DNA of 64,000 nucleotides from Rhodobacterales bacterium (GCA_045046705.1 JASFZB010000007.1:438-64437); one strand, 5' to 3'; shown: positions 30,142-40,632, numbered from the stretch's first letter. The notes: generated by a model not told the origin, from the sequence alone. Made by a program: numbers and translations.

Positions 30142-31506
30142 TTAACGCTTTGATCTTTTGCGATAAATGGTGCTTGGGGCCAACCCAAGAACTTCGGCCG
30201 CTTTCGGGATTGATCCCCCTTGGGAAAAAATGGTCGCATCAATGAACTGGCGCTCTACCTCTTCAAGTTGCAACCCGACAAGTTGCTGGATGGCGTGATT
30301 TCTGCGTTCACCCCCCAATCTGCTTACTTGGGTGCCTAGGCTGGCAGCCCCGATTTCCTTATCTGCCAAGGAAAATCCCGTGGGCAGCATATCCAGTGCC
30401 ACCTTGCTGGCATCATAACTCGCCACAATCTTGTGCAACAAATTGGCAAGCTGGCTGATATTACCGGGCCAGTTATGCGACATAAACAGCTTCCCTACCT
30501 CTTTGGTAAGGCCGCTAAAGTTTTTTTGCTCGCCCCGTGAAAACCGGGCCAACAGGGCTTCTGCAATAAAAACAATATCACTGCCTAAATCGCTTAGCGC
30601 GGGCACATCCACTGTCAGGACATGAAGCAGGTAAAATAAATCTTCCCGAATTTTCCGGGTTTCCAGCAATTGATAGGGATCAATGCTGGTGGAACATATT
30701 ATTCTTGGAAATTGCGGGTCATTATAGTCATTCTGTTTGGCGTTCCGCAAAAGTATCGCCAATTTTGACTGCATCAGGGGGTCAAGTTTGGAAATTTCGC
30801 TAATATACAATGTCCCGCTATAGGCCTTTTGCAAGGCACCGGGTTCCGCTGTTTCTGGATGCAATCCACCATCTTCCAGCATACCTAAAAGGGTGTTTTG
30901 TTGTGCGGAAAATGTAAGTTGACTGCTACTATAAACGATAAATGGGTTTGATTTTAAACCAGAGAGATCATGGATAGCTTTGGCACAAACCTCTTTTCCA
31001 GACCCTTTTTCGCCAATCACAAAAACCGGTGCTGTCGAAGCCGCTACACGCGTAATTTTACGGTACATTTCCTGCATCAAGGGCCCGCGTCCGGTGAAGC
31101 CGTAAAAATTACCCTCAGCCATATCTATTTCAGGGTTATGTTCAAAGCGTGTCAAAGCGGATGACACTGTTGCCAGCAATCTTTCGTCCGAAAACGGCTT
31201 CAACAGAAAATCAAACGCCCCTGCGCGCATTGCTTCTACTGCGCGATTGACCGACCCATTTGATGTAATCACAATAATTTTGGCCTGTGGATTGTCATGG
31301 ACAAGCTTTTGGATCACCTCGATCCCGTCCATATCGGGTAAAAACAAATCCATAACTACAACCGAATGGCTGTTGGTATTAAACAACTTCAGCCCTTCAG
31401 CCCCGGATGATGCAATATCGACCGTATAGCCAGCGTTCATCAAATCGGCACTGTAAATCAACTGCAAGGTTGCCGTGTCTTCAATAAGCAACAAACGCTG
31501 CATCAT
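30142..31506 (-). CDS. LuxO/NtrC-like response regulator (REC-AAA+-Fis HTH) with degenerate AAA+ domain
   Basis: REC with phospho-Asp (VMDLFLPDMDG); Walker A GEKGSGKEVCA; WPGNISQL; HTH GSIPKAAEVLGLAPSTIYRK; no GAFTGA. Confidence 0.85.
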   Translation of the reverse strand: MMQRLLLIEDTATLQLIYSADLMNAGYTVDIASSGAEGLKLFNTNSHSVVVMDLFLPDMDGIEVIQKLVHDNPQAKIIVITSNGSVNRAVEAMRAGAFDFLLKPFSDERLLATVSSALTRFEHNPEIDMAEGNFYGFTGRGPLMQEMYRKITRVAASTAPVFVIGEKGSGKEVCAKAIHDLSGLKSNPFIVYSSSQLTFSAQQNTLLGMLEDGGLHPETAEPGALQKAYSGTLYISEISKLDPLMQSKLAILLRNAKQNDYNDPQFPRIICSTSIDPYQLLETRKIREDLFYLLHVLTVDVPALSDLGSDIVFIAEALLARFSRGEQKNFSGLTKEVGKLFMSHNWPGNISQLANLLHKIVASYDASKVALDMLPTGFSLADKEIGAASLGTQVSRLGGERRNHAIQQLVGLQLEEVERQFIDATIFSQGGSIPKAAEVLGLAPSTIYRKRSKR

Positions 31507-31862
31507 GGCAGGTTGCCGCGTGCAGATTGATCGGATTTCAAGAACCGCAGCAGACCGTCAAGCTGATTAATTGCCGCCAATACTGTGCCGTCGGGGAAAT
31601 CTGTGCTATAGAGCGGCTTGAATTCATTTATTTTCTTTGCCACCTTATGCAATTCCATAACCCCGACAACCCCGGCCAGAGAAATCAGTACATGGCTGGG
31701 TTCGTTTAACATATCCACGGCTTTGGCGGATTGTGCTGCCCGCAGGCCGCGCCGCACATTTTTAAGATCAATCATCAACTTCTCGATCAATATCAAAGAC
31801 TGTTTCGGCCCCAGCTTGTCCAAAAGCGTTAAGTAAGTCTGGTTTTGATAGTTATCGTTCAT
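31503..31862 (-). CDS. Stand-alone Hpt (histidine phosphotransfer) protein, LuxU-like
   Basis: 119 aa, helical; Hpt signature SHVLISLAGVVG; stop overlaps the regulator start by 4 bp. Confidence 0.7.
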   Translation of the reverse strand: MNDNYQNQTYLTLLDKLGPKQSLILIEKLMIDLKNVRRGLRAAQSAKAVDMLNEPSHVLISLAGVVGVMELHKVAKKINEFKPLYSTDFPDGTVLAAINQLDGLLRFLKSDQSARGNLP

Positions 31863-31917
31863 ACGCACACCATACACTTCCTGGCAGCCAAAACGGGCCG
31901 GCCAAGTTTTGTATAAT

Positions 31918-31952
31918 CCAAAATACCGGCTTTGCAAAATGCAAAACCGGTA
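31918..31952 (-). terminator. Probable intrinsic terminator after prpE
   Basis: Minus strand reads TACCGGTTTTGCA-TTT-TGCAAAGCCGGTA followed by TTTT. Confidence 0.6.
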
Positions 31953-31974
31953 CTGAAACACTAAGTGTAAAGAC

Positions 31975-33867
31975 CTATTTCTGTGGATAGCCCAGTGTTT
32001 TAAGGGCCTCTGTAATTTCATCCAGAATGGCAGGATCATCAATGGTTGCAGGCATTTTCCAAGGCTCGGCATCGGCAATTTTTGCCATTGTACCGCGCAA
32101 AATTTTGCCCGAACGGGTTTTTGGCAAACGGTCCACAACACAGGCCATCTTGAACGCCGCCACAGGGCCGATGGTTTGGCGCACCAAAGCCACGCATTCT
32201 GCAACCACCTCTGTATGCAGTTTTTCACAGCCCGCATTCAAGCACAAAAACCCCATCGGCAATTGTCCCTTCAGCGCGTCCTTGACACCCAGAACCGCAC
32301 ATTCGGCAACATCGGGGTGATTGGACAGGGTCTCTTCCATTTGCCCGGTAGACAGACGGTGTCCCGCCACATTGATCACATCATCGGTGCGCGACATAAT
32401 ATAAAGATAGCCATCTTCATCTTTGTAACCGGCGTCCCCGGTTTCATAATAGCCAGGGAACGTTTCAAGATAAGAGGATTTATAACGACCGTCTGCATGC
32501 CAAAGGGTTGGCAGGGTGCCGGGGGGAAGTGGCAATTTGATCGCGATGGCCCCCAGTTCGTTCGGCCCCAATTCGGTTCCGTCATCGGACAGGATTTGCA
32601 CATCATAGCCGGGCAGCGGCACGGTGGGCGAGCCAAGCTTTACCGGCATTTTCTCTATTCCCATCGGGTTCGAGACAATGGCATAGCCGGTTTCGGTTTG
32701 CCACCAGTGGTCGATTACCGGCACGCCCAGTTGTTTTTCCGCCCATTGGATGGTGTCGGGGTCGGCGCGCTCGCCGGCCAGAAACAGTGTTTTCAGACAC
32801 GACAGATCATATTTCTTGACAAACGCGCCATCGGGGTCAACGCGCTTGATCGCCCGAAACGCGGTCGGTGCGGTAAACAGAACCTTGACATTATGCTCAG
32901 AGATAACCCGCCAGAAAGTACCCGCATCGGGCGTGCCAATAGGCTTGCCTTCAAACACCACCGTGGTGTTGCCGTGGATCAGCGGGCCGTAGCAGATATA
33001 AGAGTGCCCCACGACCCAACCAACATCGGACGCCGCCCAATAGACATCGCCGGGATCCACATCGTAGACATTTTTCATCGTCCAGTTCAACGCCACGATA
33101 TGACCGCCGGTGGGACGGATAACACCCTTTGGCTGACCTGTGGTGCCCGAGGTATAAAGGATATAGACAGGATCGGCCCCGCCCATTGGCACACAAGGTG
33201 CCGGGTTTGCACCTATTTGAAAAGCATCCCAGTCAATATCACGACCCTCTATTAGATCAGCTGCCAGTTCTTCACGTTGCAAAATAACGCAAAATTCCGG
33301 CTTATGGCTGGCCATATCTATCGCCCCGTCCAAAAGCGGTTTGTAGGGGATTACCCTGCCCGGCTCTATCCCGCACGAGGCTGCAATAATCGCTTTCGGG
33401 GTGGCATCATCAATCCGAGTTGCCAACTCGTTGGCCGCGAAACCGCCAAACACAACCGAGTGGATCGCCCCGATACGCGAACAGGCCAGCATCGCAACAA
33501 GAGCTTCGGGAACCATCGGCATATAGATCAAAACCCGGTCGCCCTTGGCCACACCTTTGGCCTGCAAAGCCCCTGCGAAAGTCGCGACCTTGGTTTGCAA
33601 TTCGGCAAAGCTGATCTTGGCCGATTTACCGGTGATCGGGCTGTCGTAAATAATCGCGATCTGGTCCCCGCGTCCCGCTTCCACATGGCGGTCGACCGCG
33701 TTATAGCAGGTGTTGATCTCGCCATCCTTGAACCACTCGTAAAGCGGTGCGTTTTCGTCAAACAGGGCTTTTGAAGGTGGCTTTGACCATGAAACCGCTT
33801 TGGCCGCTTCCATCCAAAATGCTTCAGGGTCTGATTTCCAGCCTTCGTAAACTTCCTTGTAAGACAT
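31975..33867 (-). CDS. prpE: Propionyl-CoA synthetase
   Basis: Starts MSYKEVY; NTCYNAVDRHV, YILYTSGTTGQPKG, DHWWQTETG, RTDDVINVAGHRLS and LPKTRSGKILR motifs. Confidence 0.92.
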   Translation of the reverse strand: MSYKEVYEGWKSDPEAFWMEAAKAVSWSKPPSKALFDENAPLYEWFKDGEINTCYNAVDRHVEAGRGDQIAIIYDSPITGKSAKISFAELQTKVATFAGALQAKGVAKGDRVLIYMPMVPEALVAMLACSRIGAIHSVVFGGFAANELATRIDDATPKAIIAASCGIEPGRVIPYKPLLDGAIDMASHKPEFCVILQREELAADLIEGRDIDWDAFQIGANPAPCVPMGGADPVYILYTSGTTGQPKGVIRPTGGHIVALNWTMKNVYDVDPGDVYWAASDVGWVVGHSYICYGPLIHGNTTVVFEGKPIGTPDAGTFWRVISEHNVKVLFTAPTAFRAIKRVDPDGAFVKKYDLSCLKTLFLAGERADPDTIQWAEKQLGVPVIDHWWQTETGYAIVSNPMGIEKMPVKLGSPTVPLPGYDVQILSDDGTELGPNELGAIAIKLPLPPGTLPTLWHADGRYKSSYLETFPGYYETGDAGYKDEDGYLYIMSRTDDVINVAGHRLSTGQMEETLSNHPDVAECAVLGVKDALKGQLPMGFLCLNAGCEKLHTEVVAECVALVRQTIGPVAAFKMACVVDRLPKTRSGKILRGTMAKIADAEPWKMPATIDDPAILDEITEALKTLGYPQK

Positions 33868-33871
33868 TTGT

Positions 33872-36004
33872 TTATTCTCCCGATTTTGTATGCTTGACCA
33901 ATTCCAGAACTTCTTTTGCCGCTGCCGGTATGTTTGTGCCGGGCCCGAATATTGCCCGCACCCCGACTTGCCGCAAGAAGTTGTAATCATTGGGCGGGAT
34001 CACCCCGCCGCAAATCACGATAATATTGCCGCCGCCCTTGTTTTTCAGAGCATGCACCAGTTGCGGGGCCAGCGTGGTGTGGCCTGCCGCCTGTGACGAG
34101 ATACCAACAACATCGACACCTTTTTCGATGGCATCTATTGCCGCCTCTTCAGGGGTTTGAAACAGCGGCCCCATCTCAATATCAAAGCCAATGTCGGCAA
34201 ACGCCGTGGCAATGACCTTGCCGCCACGATCATGGCCGTCCTGCCCCATCTTGACCACCATCATCGACGGCTTTTTTCCGTATTTAACAGCAAAATCCGC
34301 AACTTCCGCCTGAATATCCAGAAACCCTTGATCGCCTGCGTATGCGGCACCATAGACCCCTGACAAAAGCTTTACCTTGGCCTTATGCCGGCCGAAGGCG
34401 CGTTCCATCGCGTCCGAGATTTCACCCACGGTGGCCCGCGCACGGGCGGAATCCACCGCCAACTCCAGCAGGTTGCCATTACCGCGTGCACCCGCTTCCA
34501 GCGCGCCCAATGTCGCATCGCAAACCGCCGTATCACGGGTTTTTCTAATCTCTTTCAACCGTTTGATTTGCGCATCGCGCACAGCGGTATTGTCGATCTC
34601 GCGCACATCAATTTCGGCATCATCATCAGTTTGAAACTTGTTCACACCAACGATAATATCTTCACCACGGTCCACCCGCGCCTGTTTTCTCGCCGCCGCT
34701 TCCTCAATGGCCAGCTTCGGCATGCCGTCTTCAACGGCTTTGGTCATACCGCCCATAGCATCGACCTGCCCGATCAATTCCCACGCTTTATCGGCCAGTT
34801 CTTTGGTCAGGCTTTCAACATAATACGACCCTGCCAGCGGATCGACCACATTGGTCACGCCGGTTTCATTTTGCAAGATCAGTTGGGTATTTCGCGCCAA
34901 ACGCGCCGCCGCATCGGATGGCAAGGCTATGGCTTCATCATAGCTGTTGGTGTGCAACGACTGGGTGCCGCCCAACACCGCTGACATGGCCTCGTATGCG
35001 GTGCGAATGGCGTTGTTATAGGGGTCTTGTTCCTGCAAAGACACGCCGCTGGTCTGGCAATGGGTACGCAGCATCAAGGACTTTTCCTGCTTCGCGCCAA
35101 ACTCGGTCATGATCCGGTGCCACAACAACCGTGCCGCGCGTAATTTGGCCGCTTCCATAAAAAAGTTCATACCGATGGCGAAAAAGAACGACAGGCGCGG
35201 CGCAAACGCATCCACATCCATGCCGCGTGCCATAGCCGCGCGCACATATTCCTTACCATCCGCCAGCGTGAACGCCAGTTCCTGCACCAAGGTCGCGCCG
35301 GCTTCTTGCATATGATAGCCGCTGATCGAAATCGAGTTGAACTTGGGCATCTCGCGGCGGGTATAATCAATAATGTCCGAGACAATCCGCATTGAGGGTT
35401 CTGGCGGGTAGATATAAGTGTTGCGCACCATGAATTCCTTCAGCACATCGTTTTGAATGGTGCCCGACAGTTTGGCGCGGTCTACGCCCTGCTCTTCACC
35501 GGCCACGATAAAGCTGGCCAGCACCGGAATGACCGCGCCGTTCATCGTCATCGAAACGCTGACTTTATCCAAGGGAATGCCGTCAAACAGGATCTTCATG
35601 TCCTCGACACTGTCAATCGCTACACCGGCCTTGCCGACATCGCCCACAACCCGCTCATGGTCGCTGTCATAGCCGCGATGGGTGGCCAGGTCGAAAGCTA
35701 CGGAAACCCCCTGCTGCCCGCCTGCCAGCCCCTTGCGGTAAAACGCATTGCTTTCTTCCGCCGTTGAAAAGCCCGCATATTGCCGGATCGTCCAAGGGCG
35801 GCCCGCATACATCGTGGCCTTTGGCCCGCGCAGGAACGGGGCCGAACCGGGGGTGGAATTCAATGTATCCAGCCCTTGCAAATCATCCGCCGTATAAAGC
35901 GGCTTTACCGCAATGCCTTCCGGCGTATGCCAAGTCAAATCTTCCAAAGCCCGACCGCGCAGTTCTTTTTCCGCCAGCTTTTCCCAGTCCCGCCGCTTGC
36001 CCAT
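33872..36004 (-). CDS. scpA: Methylmalonyl-CoA mutase (B12-dependent)
   Basis: [42 protein letters not shown] and B12 motif [10 protein letters not shown]. Confidence 0.97.
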   Translation of the reverse strand: MGKRRDWEKLAEKELRGRALEDLTWHTPEGIAVKPLYTADDLQGLDTLNSTPGSAPFLRGPKATMYAGRPWTIRQYAGFSTAEESNAFYRKGLAGGQQGVSVAFDLATHRGYDSDHERVVGDVGKAGVAIDSVEDMKILFDGIPLDKVSVSMTMNGAVIPVLASFIVAGEEQGVDRAKLSGTIQNDVLKEFMVRNTYIYPPEPSMRIVSDIIDYTRREMPKFNSISISGYHMQEAGATLVQELAFTLADGKEYVRAAMARGMDVDAFAPRLSFFFAIGMNFFMEAAKLRAARLLWHRIMTEFGAKQEKSLMLRTHCQTSGVSLQEQDPYNNAIRTAYEAMSAVLGGTQSLHTNSYDEAIALPSDAAARLARNTQLILQNETGVTNVVDPLAGSYYVESLTKELADKAWELIGQVDAMGGMTKAVEDGMPKLAIEEAAARKQARVDRGEDIIVGVNKFQTDDDAEIDVREIDNTAVRDAQIKRLKEIRKTRDTAVCDATLGALEAGARGNGNLLELAVDSARARATVGEISDAMERAFGRHKAKVKLLSGVYGAAYAGDQGFLDIQAEVADFAVKYGKKPSMMVVKMGQDGHDRGGKVIATAFADIGFDIEMGPLFQTPEEAAIDAIEKGVDVVGISSQAAGHTTLAPQLVHALKNKGGGNIIVICGGVIPPNDYNFLRQVGVRAIFGPGTNIPAAAKEVLELVKHTKSGE

Positions 36005-38004
36005 TATTCAAACTCCATGATAATTTCGTCAACGGCCAGATTGTCACCCACACCGGCGTTGATTTTCGTCACCAGACCATGCTTTTCCGCCCGCAGCACA
36101 TTCTCCATCTTCATCGCCTCGACCGTGCATAAGGTCTGGCCTTCCTGCACTTCGTCGCCCACGGCCACGCTTAGATCTACGATCAGCCCCGGCATCGGGC
36201 AAAGCAGCAGTTTGGACGTGTCAGGGGCTTGTTTTTCAAGCATATATTCAGCTAATTCAGCGCGGCGCGGGGTGTGGATGATAACGTCCGCCGCAGCCCC
36301 CCGATAGCGGATATGATAGCCCGAGCTAACGACAGCCACTTTCAACACCAACGGCACATCATCTATCATGAAGGTCGCCAGTTGTTGCCCCGGCACCCAA
36401 TCACTGGTTACACGATGTTTTGTGCCATCCTTGAAAGTGACGGTAGAGCCGTCGGGGTCTGCATCAATTTTCACGTCAAAACGCGCGTTTTGTACGGTCA
36501 AAACCCAATCCGTGCCAACTTTACGTTCATGATTGTCAAGCCGCCCCGACACCCGCGAGCGGCGAATTTCAGCGACGCGGTACATCGCGGCGCAGGCTGT
36601 TGCAATACGTTGTAACGTGGTTTCATCCAAATCAACCCCGTTAAAACCTTGGGGATATTCCTCTTCAATAAACGCCGTTGTGATCTCGCCGCTCACAAAG
36701 CGCGGGTGATCCATTACCGCCGATAAAAACGGCAGATTGTGACCGATGCCTTCAACCTCGAACCCGTCCAAAGCATTGCGCATCACTTCAATGGATTTTG
36801 CCCGATCAGGCGCCCAGGAACACAGCTTGGCAATCATCGGATCATAAAACATCGAGATCTCGCCACCCTCATAAACGCCGGTGTCATTGCGCACGGCCAT
36901 CACATCGTTGGCAACTTCCACGGGTGGACGGTAGCGCGACAAACGGCCAATCGAGGGCAGAAAATTGCGGTACGGATCTTCGGCATAAAGCCGGCTTTCC
37001 ATCGCCCAGCCGTTGATGCCGATGTCCGATTGCACAAACGGCAACTTTTCACCTGCGGCGACGCGGATCATCTGTTCAACCAGATCAATACCGGTGATCA
37101 GCTCGGTCACGGGGTGTTCGACTTGCAGACGCGTATTCATTTCCAGAAAATAGAAATTTCGCTCACCGTCAACGATAAATTCCACCGTCCCCGCCGAGCA
37201 ATAATCCACCGCTTGCGCCAGGGCACAGGACTGTTCGCCCATGGCTTTGCGCGTGGCTGCATCCAGAAACGGGCTTGGGGCTTCTTCGATAACTTTTTGA
37301 TTGCGCCGCTGGATCGAGCATTCGCGTTCATTAAGATAAACACAGTTTCCATGCTTGTCCCCCAACACCTGAATTTCGATATGGCGCGGTTGGGTGATGA
37401 ATTTCTCGATAAAAATACGGTCATCGCCAAAACTGCTGGCGGCTTCATTCTTTGACAGTTGAAAGCCCTCGCGGGCTTCCGCGTCATTCCATGCCACCCG
37501 CATGCCCTTGCCGCCTCCACCAGCAGAGGCCTTGATCATCACCGGATAACCGATCTGGTTCGATATTTTGACCGCCTCGTCCGCGTCTGCAATCTCGCCC
37601 ATAAAGCCCGGAACTATGGTTACTCCGGCTTCGGCTGCCAGTTTTTTCGATGTGATTTTATCCCCCATCGCTTCAATCGCCCCCGCTGGCGGGCCGATGA
37701 AAGCGACGCCCGCTTTTTCCAAAGCCTGCGCAAACAGTTTATTTTCCGACAAAAACCCATATCCGGGATGCACCGCTTCGGCCCCTGTTTGACGCACAGC
37801 ATCCATCACTTTATCCAGAACGATATAACTTTGTGCCGCAGGCGACGGACCGATATGCACCGCTTCATCGGCCATTTTGACATGCAACGCCTCTTTGTCC
37901 GCATCCGAATAAACCGCAACTGTTTTGATCCCCATCTTCTGGGCCGATTTGATCACACGACAGGCAATTTCGCCGCGATTGGCAATAAGAATTTTCTTAA
38001 ACAT
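36004..38004 (-). CDS. pccA: Propionyl-CoA carboxylase alpha subunit (biotin carboxylase plus biotin carrier)
   Basis: [33 protein letters not shown] and biotin site EAMKME; TAA overlaps the scpA ATG. Confidence 0.96.
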   Translation of the reverse strand: MFKKILIANRGEIACRVIKSAQKMGIKTVAVYSDADKEALHVKMADEAVHIGPSPAAQSYIVLDKVMDAVRQTGAEAVHPGYGFLSENKLFAQALEKAGVAFIGPPAGAIEAMGDKITSKKLAAEAGVTIVPGFMGEIADADEAVKISNQIGYPVMIKASAGGGGKGMRVAWNDAEAREGFQLSKNEAASSFGDDRIFIEKFITQPRHIEIQVLGDKHGNCVYLNERECSIQRRNQKVIEEAPSPFLDAATRKAMGEQSCALAQAVDYCSAGTVEFIVDGERNFYFLEMNTRLQVEHPVTELITGIDLVEQMIRVAAGEKLPFVQSDIGINGWAMESRLYAEDPYRNFLPSIGRLSRYRPPVEVANDVMAVRNDTGVYEGGEISMFYDPMIAKLCSWAPDRAKSIEVMRNALDGFEVEGIGHNLPFLSAVMDHPRFVSGEITTAFIEEEYPQGFNGVDLDETTLQRIATACAAMYRVAEIRRSRVSGRLDNHERKVGTDWVLTVQNARFDVKIDADPDGSTVTFKDGTKHRVTSDWVPGQQLATFMIDDVPLVLKVAVVSSGYHIRYRGAAADVIIHTPRRAELAEYMLEKQAPDTSKLLLCPMPGLIVDLSVAVGDEVQEGQTLCTVEAMKMENVLRAEKHGLVTKINAGVGDNLAVDEIIMEFE

Positions 38005-38058
38005 ATAAAACACCGTTGTTTGTTATCGGGGTAGATTGGGATTGGGCAGATTTATACC

Positions 38059-38195
38059 AAAAAAAAGGGGCCCTGTCGTAAAAACGAAAGGGCCCCAGTA
38101 GAGGGGAAATGAAAGAGTTTAACCGCATGGAAATGCGGAAAACCTCTTGATCGGGTTTTGCTTTCACCAGCACCGCACCCGACCAGTACGTCATT
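38059..38195 (-). ncRNA. Candidate structured RNA (three hairpins plus U8 tail) upstream of pccA
   Basis: Minus-strand stems GGTCGGGT/ACCCGATC, CCGCAT-TTCC-ATGCGG and GGGGCCCT/AGGGCCCC followed by T8. Confidence 0.55.
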
Positions 38196-38328
38196 GAAGT
38201 TCCAAAAGAGCTTCCTTGAGATTTATGGTAAACCGGTTTTATCGTGCTGCATATGGTGGTGTTCTTTTGCGCCTTGTTTTGGGCAAAAAGCCGCCAAACT
38301 TGGGTTATGTTGCGCGAATACATGCCGA

Positions 38329-38676
38329 TCAGTCCTTAAACACGTCTGGAAAGCTGACCATAGCCCGGCCTACATTGATCTTAAGTAGAGCCGCGTAATC
38401 TTGCGGATCAAAAGAATCGTCGGCAGGCTCAACCTCGCGGCCAAACAGCCAGCTTAAACGCCCCGCATCAAGATTGCCGCGTTCAAAGGGTTGATCCCCG
38501 AAACAATCCCAAAGTGCCTGCATAAAGCCCGCATCGGCAAGGCGGTCGGCAAACCTGCGGTCAGCATAGCGTTCTCGGGCAACCAGTTTGGTTGCGCCTG
38601 CCTTATTGGCACGCCGAATTGTAAACTGAAAATCAGAGCTGGGAAGTCGGGACGGAAACCCGCGATGTTTTAACAT
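38329..38676 (-). CDS. Conserved hypothetical protein of Rhodobacterales pcc clusters
   Basis: 115 aa; RGFPSRLP..FQFTIRRAN and PFERGNLDAGRLSWLFGREV recalled as conserved between pccB and pccA. Confidence 0.7.
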   Translation of the reverse strand: MLKHRGFPSRLPSSDFQFTIRRANKAGATKLVARERYADRRFADRLADAGFMQALWDCFGDQPFERGNLDAGRLSWLFGREVEPADDSFDPQDYAALLKINVGRAMVSFPDVFKD

Positions 38677-38711
38677 GGGCGCCCCCCGAAATTATCTAAC
38701 GGGGCGCAGCC

Positions 38712-38738
38712 CAATACCCCTAAGGGGTATTGTTTTTT
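38712..38738. terminator. Hairpin CAATACCCC-TAA-GGGGTATTG with T6 on the + strand
   Basis: Perfect 9-bp stem directly 3' of the small lipoprotein stop. The U-tract is on the opposite strand, so it may be an mRNA-stabilising stem or an antisense terminator. Confidence 0.5.
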
Positions 38739-38889
38739 AAGATGCTGGCAGTTTTTGTGAAGTGGGTTCTGCCACGATCGGTGTTGGCTCAGGTGCTGCT
38801 GCAGGGCCAGCGGATGAGGATGAATTTGCACATGCAGACAGGCCAAGAGCCGTTGCGAAAAGTGCTGCAATTGTGATTGTTTTAGACAT
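38737..38889 (-). CDS. 50-aa lipoprotein (not in ORF track)
   Basis: AGGAG RBS; MSKTITIAALFATALGLSA-CANSSSSAGPAAAPEPTPIVAEPTSQKLPAS. Confidence 0.8.
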   Translation of the reverse strand: MSKTITIAALFATALGLSACANSSSSAGPAAAPEPTPIVAEPTSQKLPAS

Positions 38890-39099
38890 AGAAAACTCCT
38901 AATTTCAGTGCGATCCAATTCAATTTTTATTTGGAACGTCTTTAGGTTAGCAGTATTTGTTTTGAAAAAATAGAACCTTGATGGGAATCGACAAAAAAAT
39001 CGAAATATTGTGCGTTCCAATGCCCCCCCGACGTTAACAAACCTTGTGGCACCCGCTTGTTTTGAAGGTGATTTATTATTTAGTATCATTGCTATATCC

Positions 39100-40632
39100 C
39101 TACAAAGGCAAATTATCATGCTTGCGCCATGGGTTTTCGATTTTTTTCGATTTAAGACTGGCAAACGCCCGCGAAACCCGCATTCGGGTATTTTGCGGCA
39201 TAATAACCTCGTCAATAAAACCGTTTTCCGCCGCAACAAATGGATTTGCAAAACGGGTTTCGTAATCCACAGTCAGGGCGGCGATTTTCTGCGCGTCCCC
39301 TAGATCGGAACGGTGCAGAATTTCAACCGCACCCTTGGCCCCCATTACGGCAATTTCGGCTGTGGGCCAGGCATAATTCACATCGCCCCCCAAATGTTTC
39401 GGCGACATCACACAATAAGCCCCGCCATAGGCTTTGCGCGTTATTACCGTCACGCGCGGCACCGTGGCTTCGCCAAAAGCGTAAAGCAGTTTGGCCCCGT
39501 GTTTGATCACGCCGCCATATTCCTGCGCCGTTCCCGGCAAAAAGCCCGGCACATCTACCAGGGTCAGCAACGGAATTTCAAACGCATCGCAGAACCGCAC
39601 GAAGCGCGCCGCCTTGCGCGATGAATTTATGTCCAGACAGCCTGCCAGCACCATCGGTTGATTGGCCACGACACCCACAGTCGAGCCTTCAAGGCGAATA
39701 AATCCGGTCAGGATATTTTTGGCAAAATCCGGTTGGATCTCACAAAAATCGCCCTCGTCCGCCAGTTTTTGCACCAGCTCTTTCATGTCATAGGGCGTAT
39801 TGGCATTTTCGGGAACGATAGTATCCAAAGACGGCTCTTTGCGCGCCGGATCGTCGAAAAACGGCCGCACAGGCGGTTTTGATTTGTTGTTCAGGGGCAG
39901 GAAGTCAAACAGGCGGCGCACTTCCATCAGCGCGTCCATATCGTTGTCAAAGGCGCAATCCGCCACCGATGATTTGCTTGTGTGGGTTTTCGCCCCGCCC
40001 AGTTCTTCCGCTGTCACAACCTCGTTGGTCACGGTTTTCACCACATCGGGGCCGGTTAGAAACATATAAGAGCTGTCGCGCACCATAAAGATGAAGTCCG
40101 TCAAGGCAGGCGAATAAACCGCCCCCCCCGCACTTGGTCCCATAATCACACTGATTTGCGGGATCACGCCCGAGGCCTTGATATTGTTTTGAAACACCGA
40201 TGTGTAGCCCGCCAACGAGGCCACGCCCTCTTGTATGCGTGCGCCGCCTGAATCGTTCAACCCGATGATCGGAACGCCATTGCGCATGGCCATTTCCTGA
40301 ACCTTGCAGATTTTCTTGGCGTGGGTGACGGACAGTGATCCGCCGTAAACCGTGAAATCCTGACTAAAGACATAAACCATGCGGCCATTGATCGTACCCC
40401 AGCCGGTAACAACGCCGTCGCCGGGGATATGTTCCTTGTCCATGCCGAAATCCTGGCATTTGTGGGTCACGAACATATCGAATTCTTCGAAAGAACCTTC
40501 ATCCAGCAACACTTCGATGCGTTCACGCGCCGTTAGTTTACCTTTGGCGTGCTGCACGTCAATGCGCCGCGCACCGCCGCCAAGTTTAGCCCCAGCCCTG
40601 CGGTTTTCCAATTGTTGGATTATGTTAGGCAC
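39100..40632 (-). CDS. pccB: Propionyl-CoA carboxylase beta subunit
   Basis: GTG start after GGAGG; [33 protein letters not shown] and RKAYGGAY motifs; 510 aa. Confidence 0.96.
   Translation of the reverse strand: MPNIIQQLENRRAGAKLGGGARRIDVQHAKGKLTARERIEVLLDEGSFEEFDMFVTHKCQDFGMDKEHIPGDGVVTGWGTINGRMVYVFSQDFTVYGGSLSVTHAKKICKVQEMAMRNGVPIIGLNDSGGARIQEGVASLAGYTSVFQNNIKASGVIPQISVIMGPSAGGAVYSPALTDFIFMVRDSSYMFLTGPDVVKTVTNEVVTAEELGGAKTHTSKSSVADCAFDNDMDALMEVRRLFDFLPLNNKSKPPVRPFFDDPARKEPSLDTIVPENANTPYDMKELVQKLADEGDFCEIQPDFAKNILTGFIRLEGSTVGVVANQPMVLAGCLDINSSRKAARFVRFCDAFEIPLLTLVDVPGFLPGTAQEYGGVIKHGAKLLYAFGEATVPRVTVITRKAYGGAYCVMSPKHLGGDVNYAWPTAEIAVMGAKGAVEILHRSDLGDAQKIAALTVDYETRFANPFVAAENGFIDEVIMPQNTRMRVSRAFASLKSKKIENPWRKHDNLPL

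Noticed and set aside
31863-32237. N-terminal extension of the Hpt ORF (244 aa in track)
   Set aside because: Overlaps prpE in another frame, crosses a terminator and has no REC-like sequence.
38283-38296. TGGCGGC-TTTTT-GC as a sigma54 promoter for the RNA upstream of pccA (Qrr analogy)
   Set aside because: GG-to-GC spacing is 9, not the required 10, and the nearby activator lacks GAFTGA.
38014-39099. Cobalamin riboswitch upstream of the B12-dependent mutase operon
   Set aside because: No B12-box or GCCACTG/GGGAAG core motifs found by eye.
39245-39252. Extra TTTGCAAA copies here and at 19154
   Set aside because: Single copies inside coding sequence, explained by codons.
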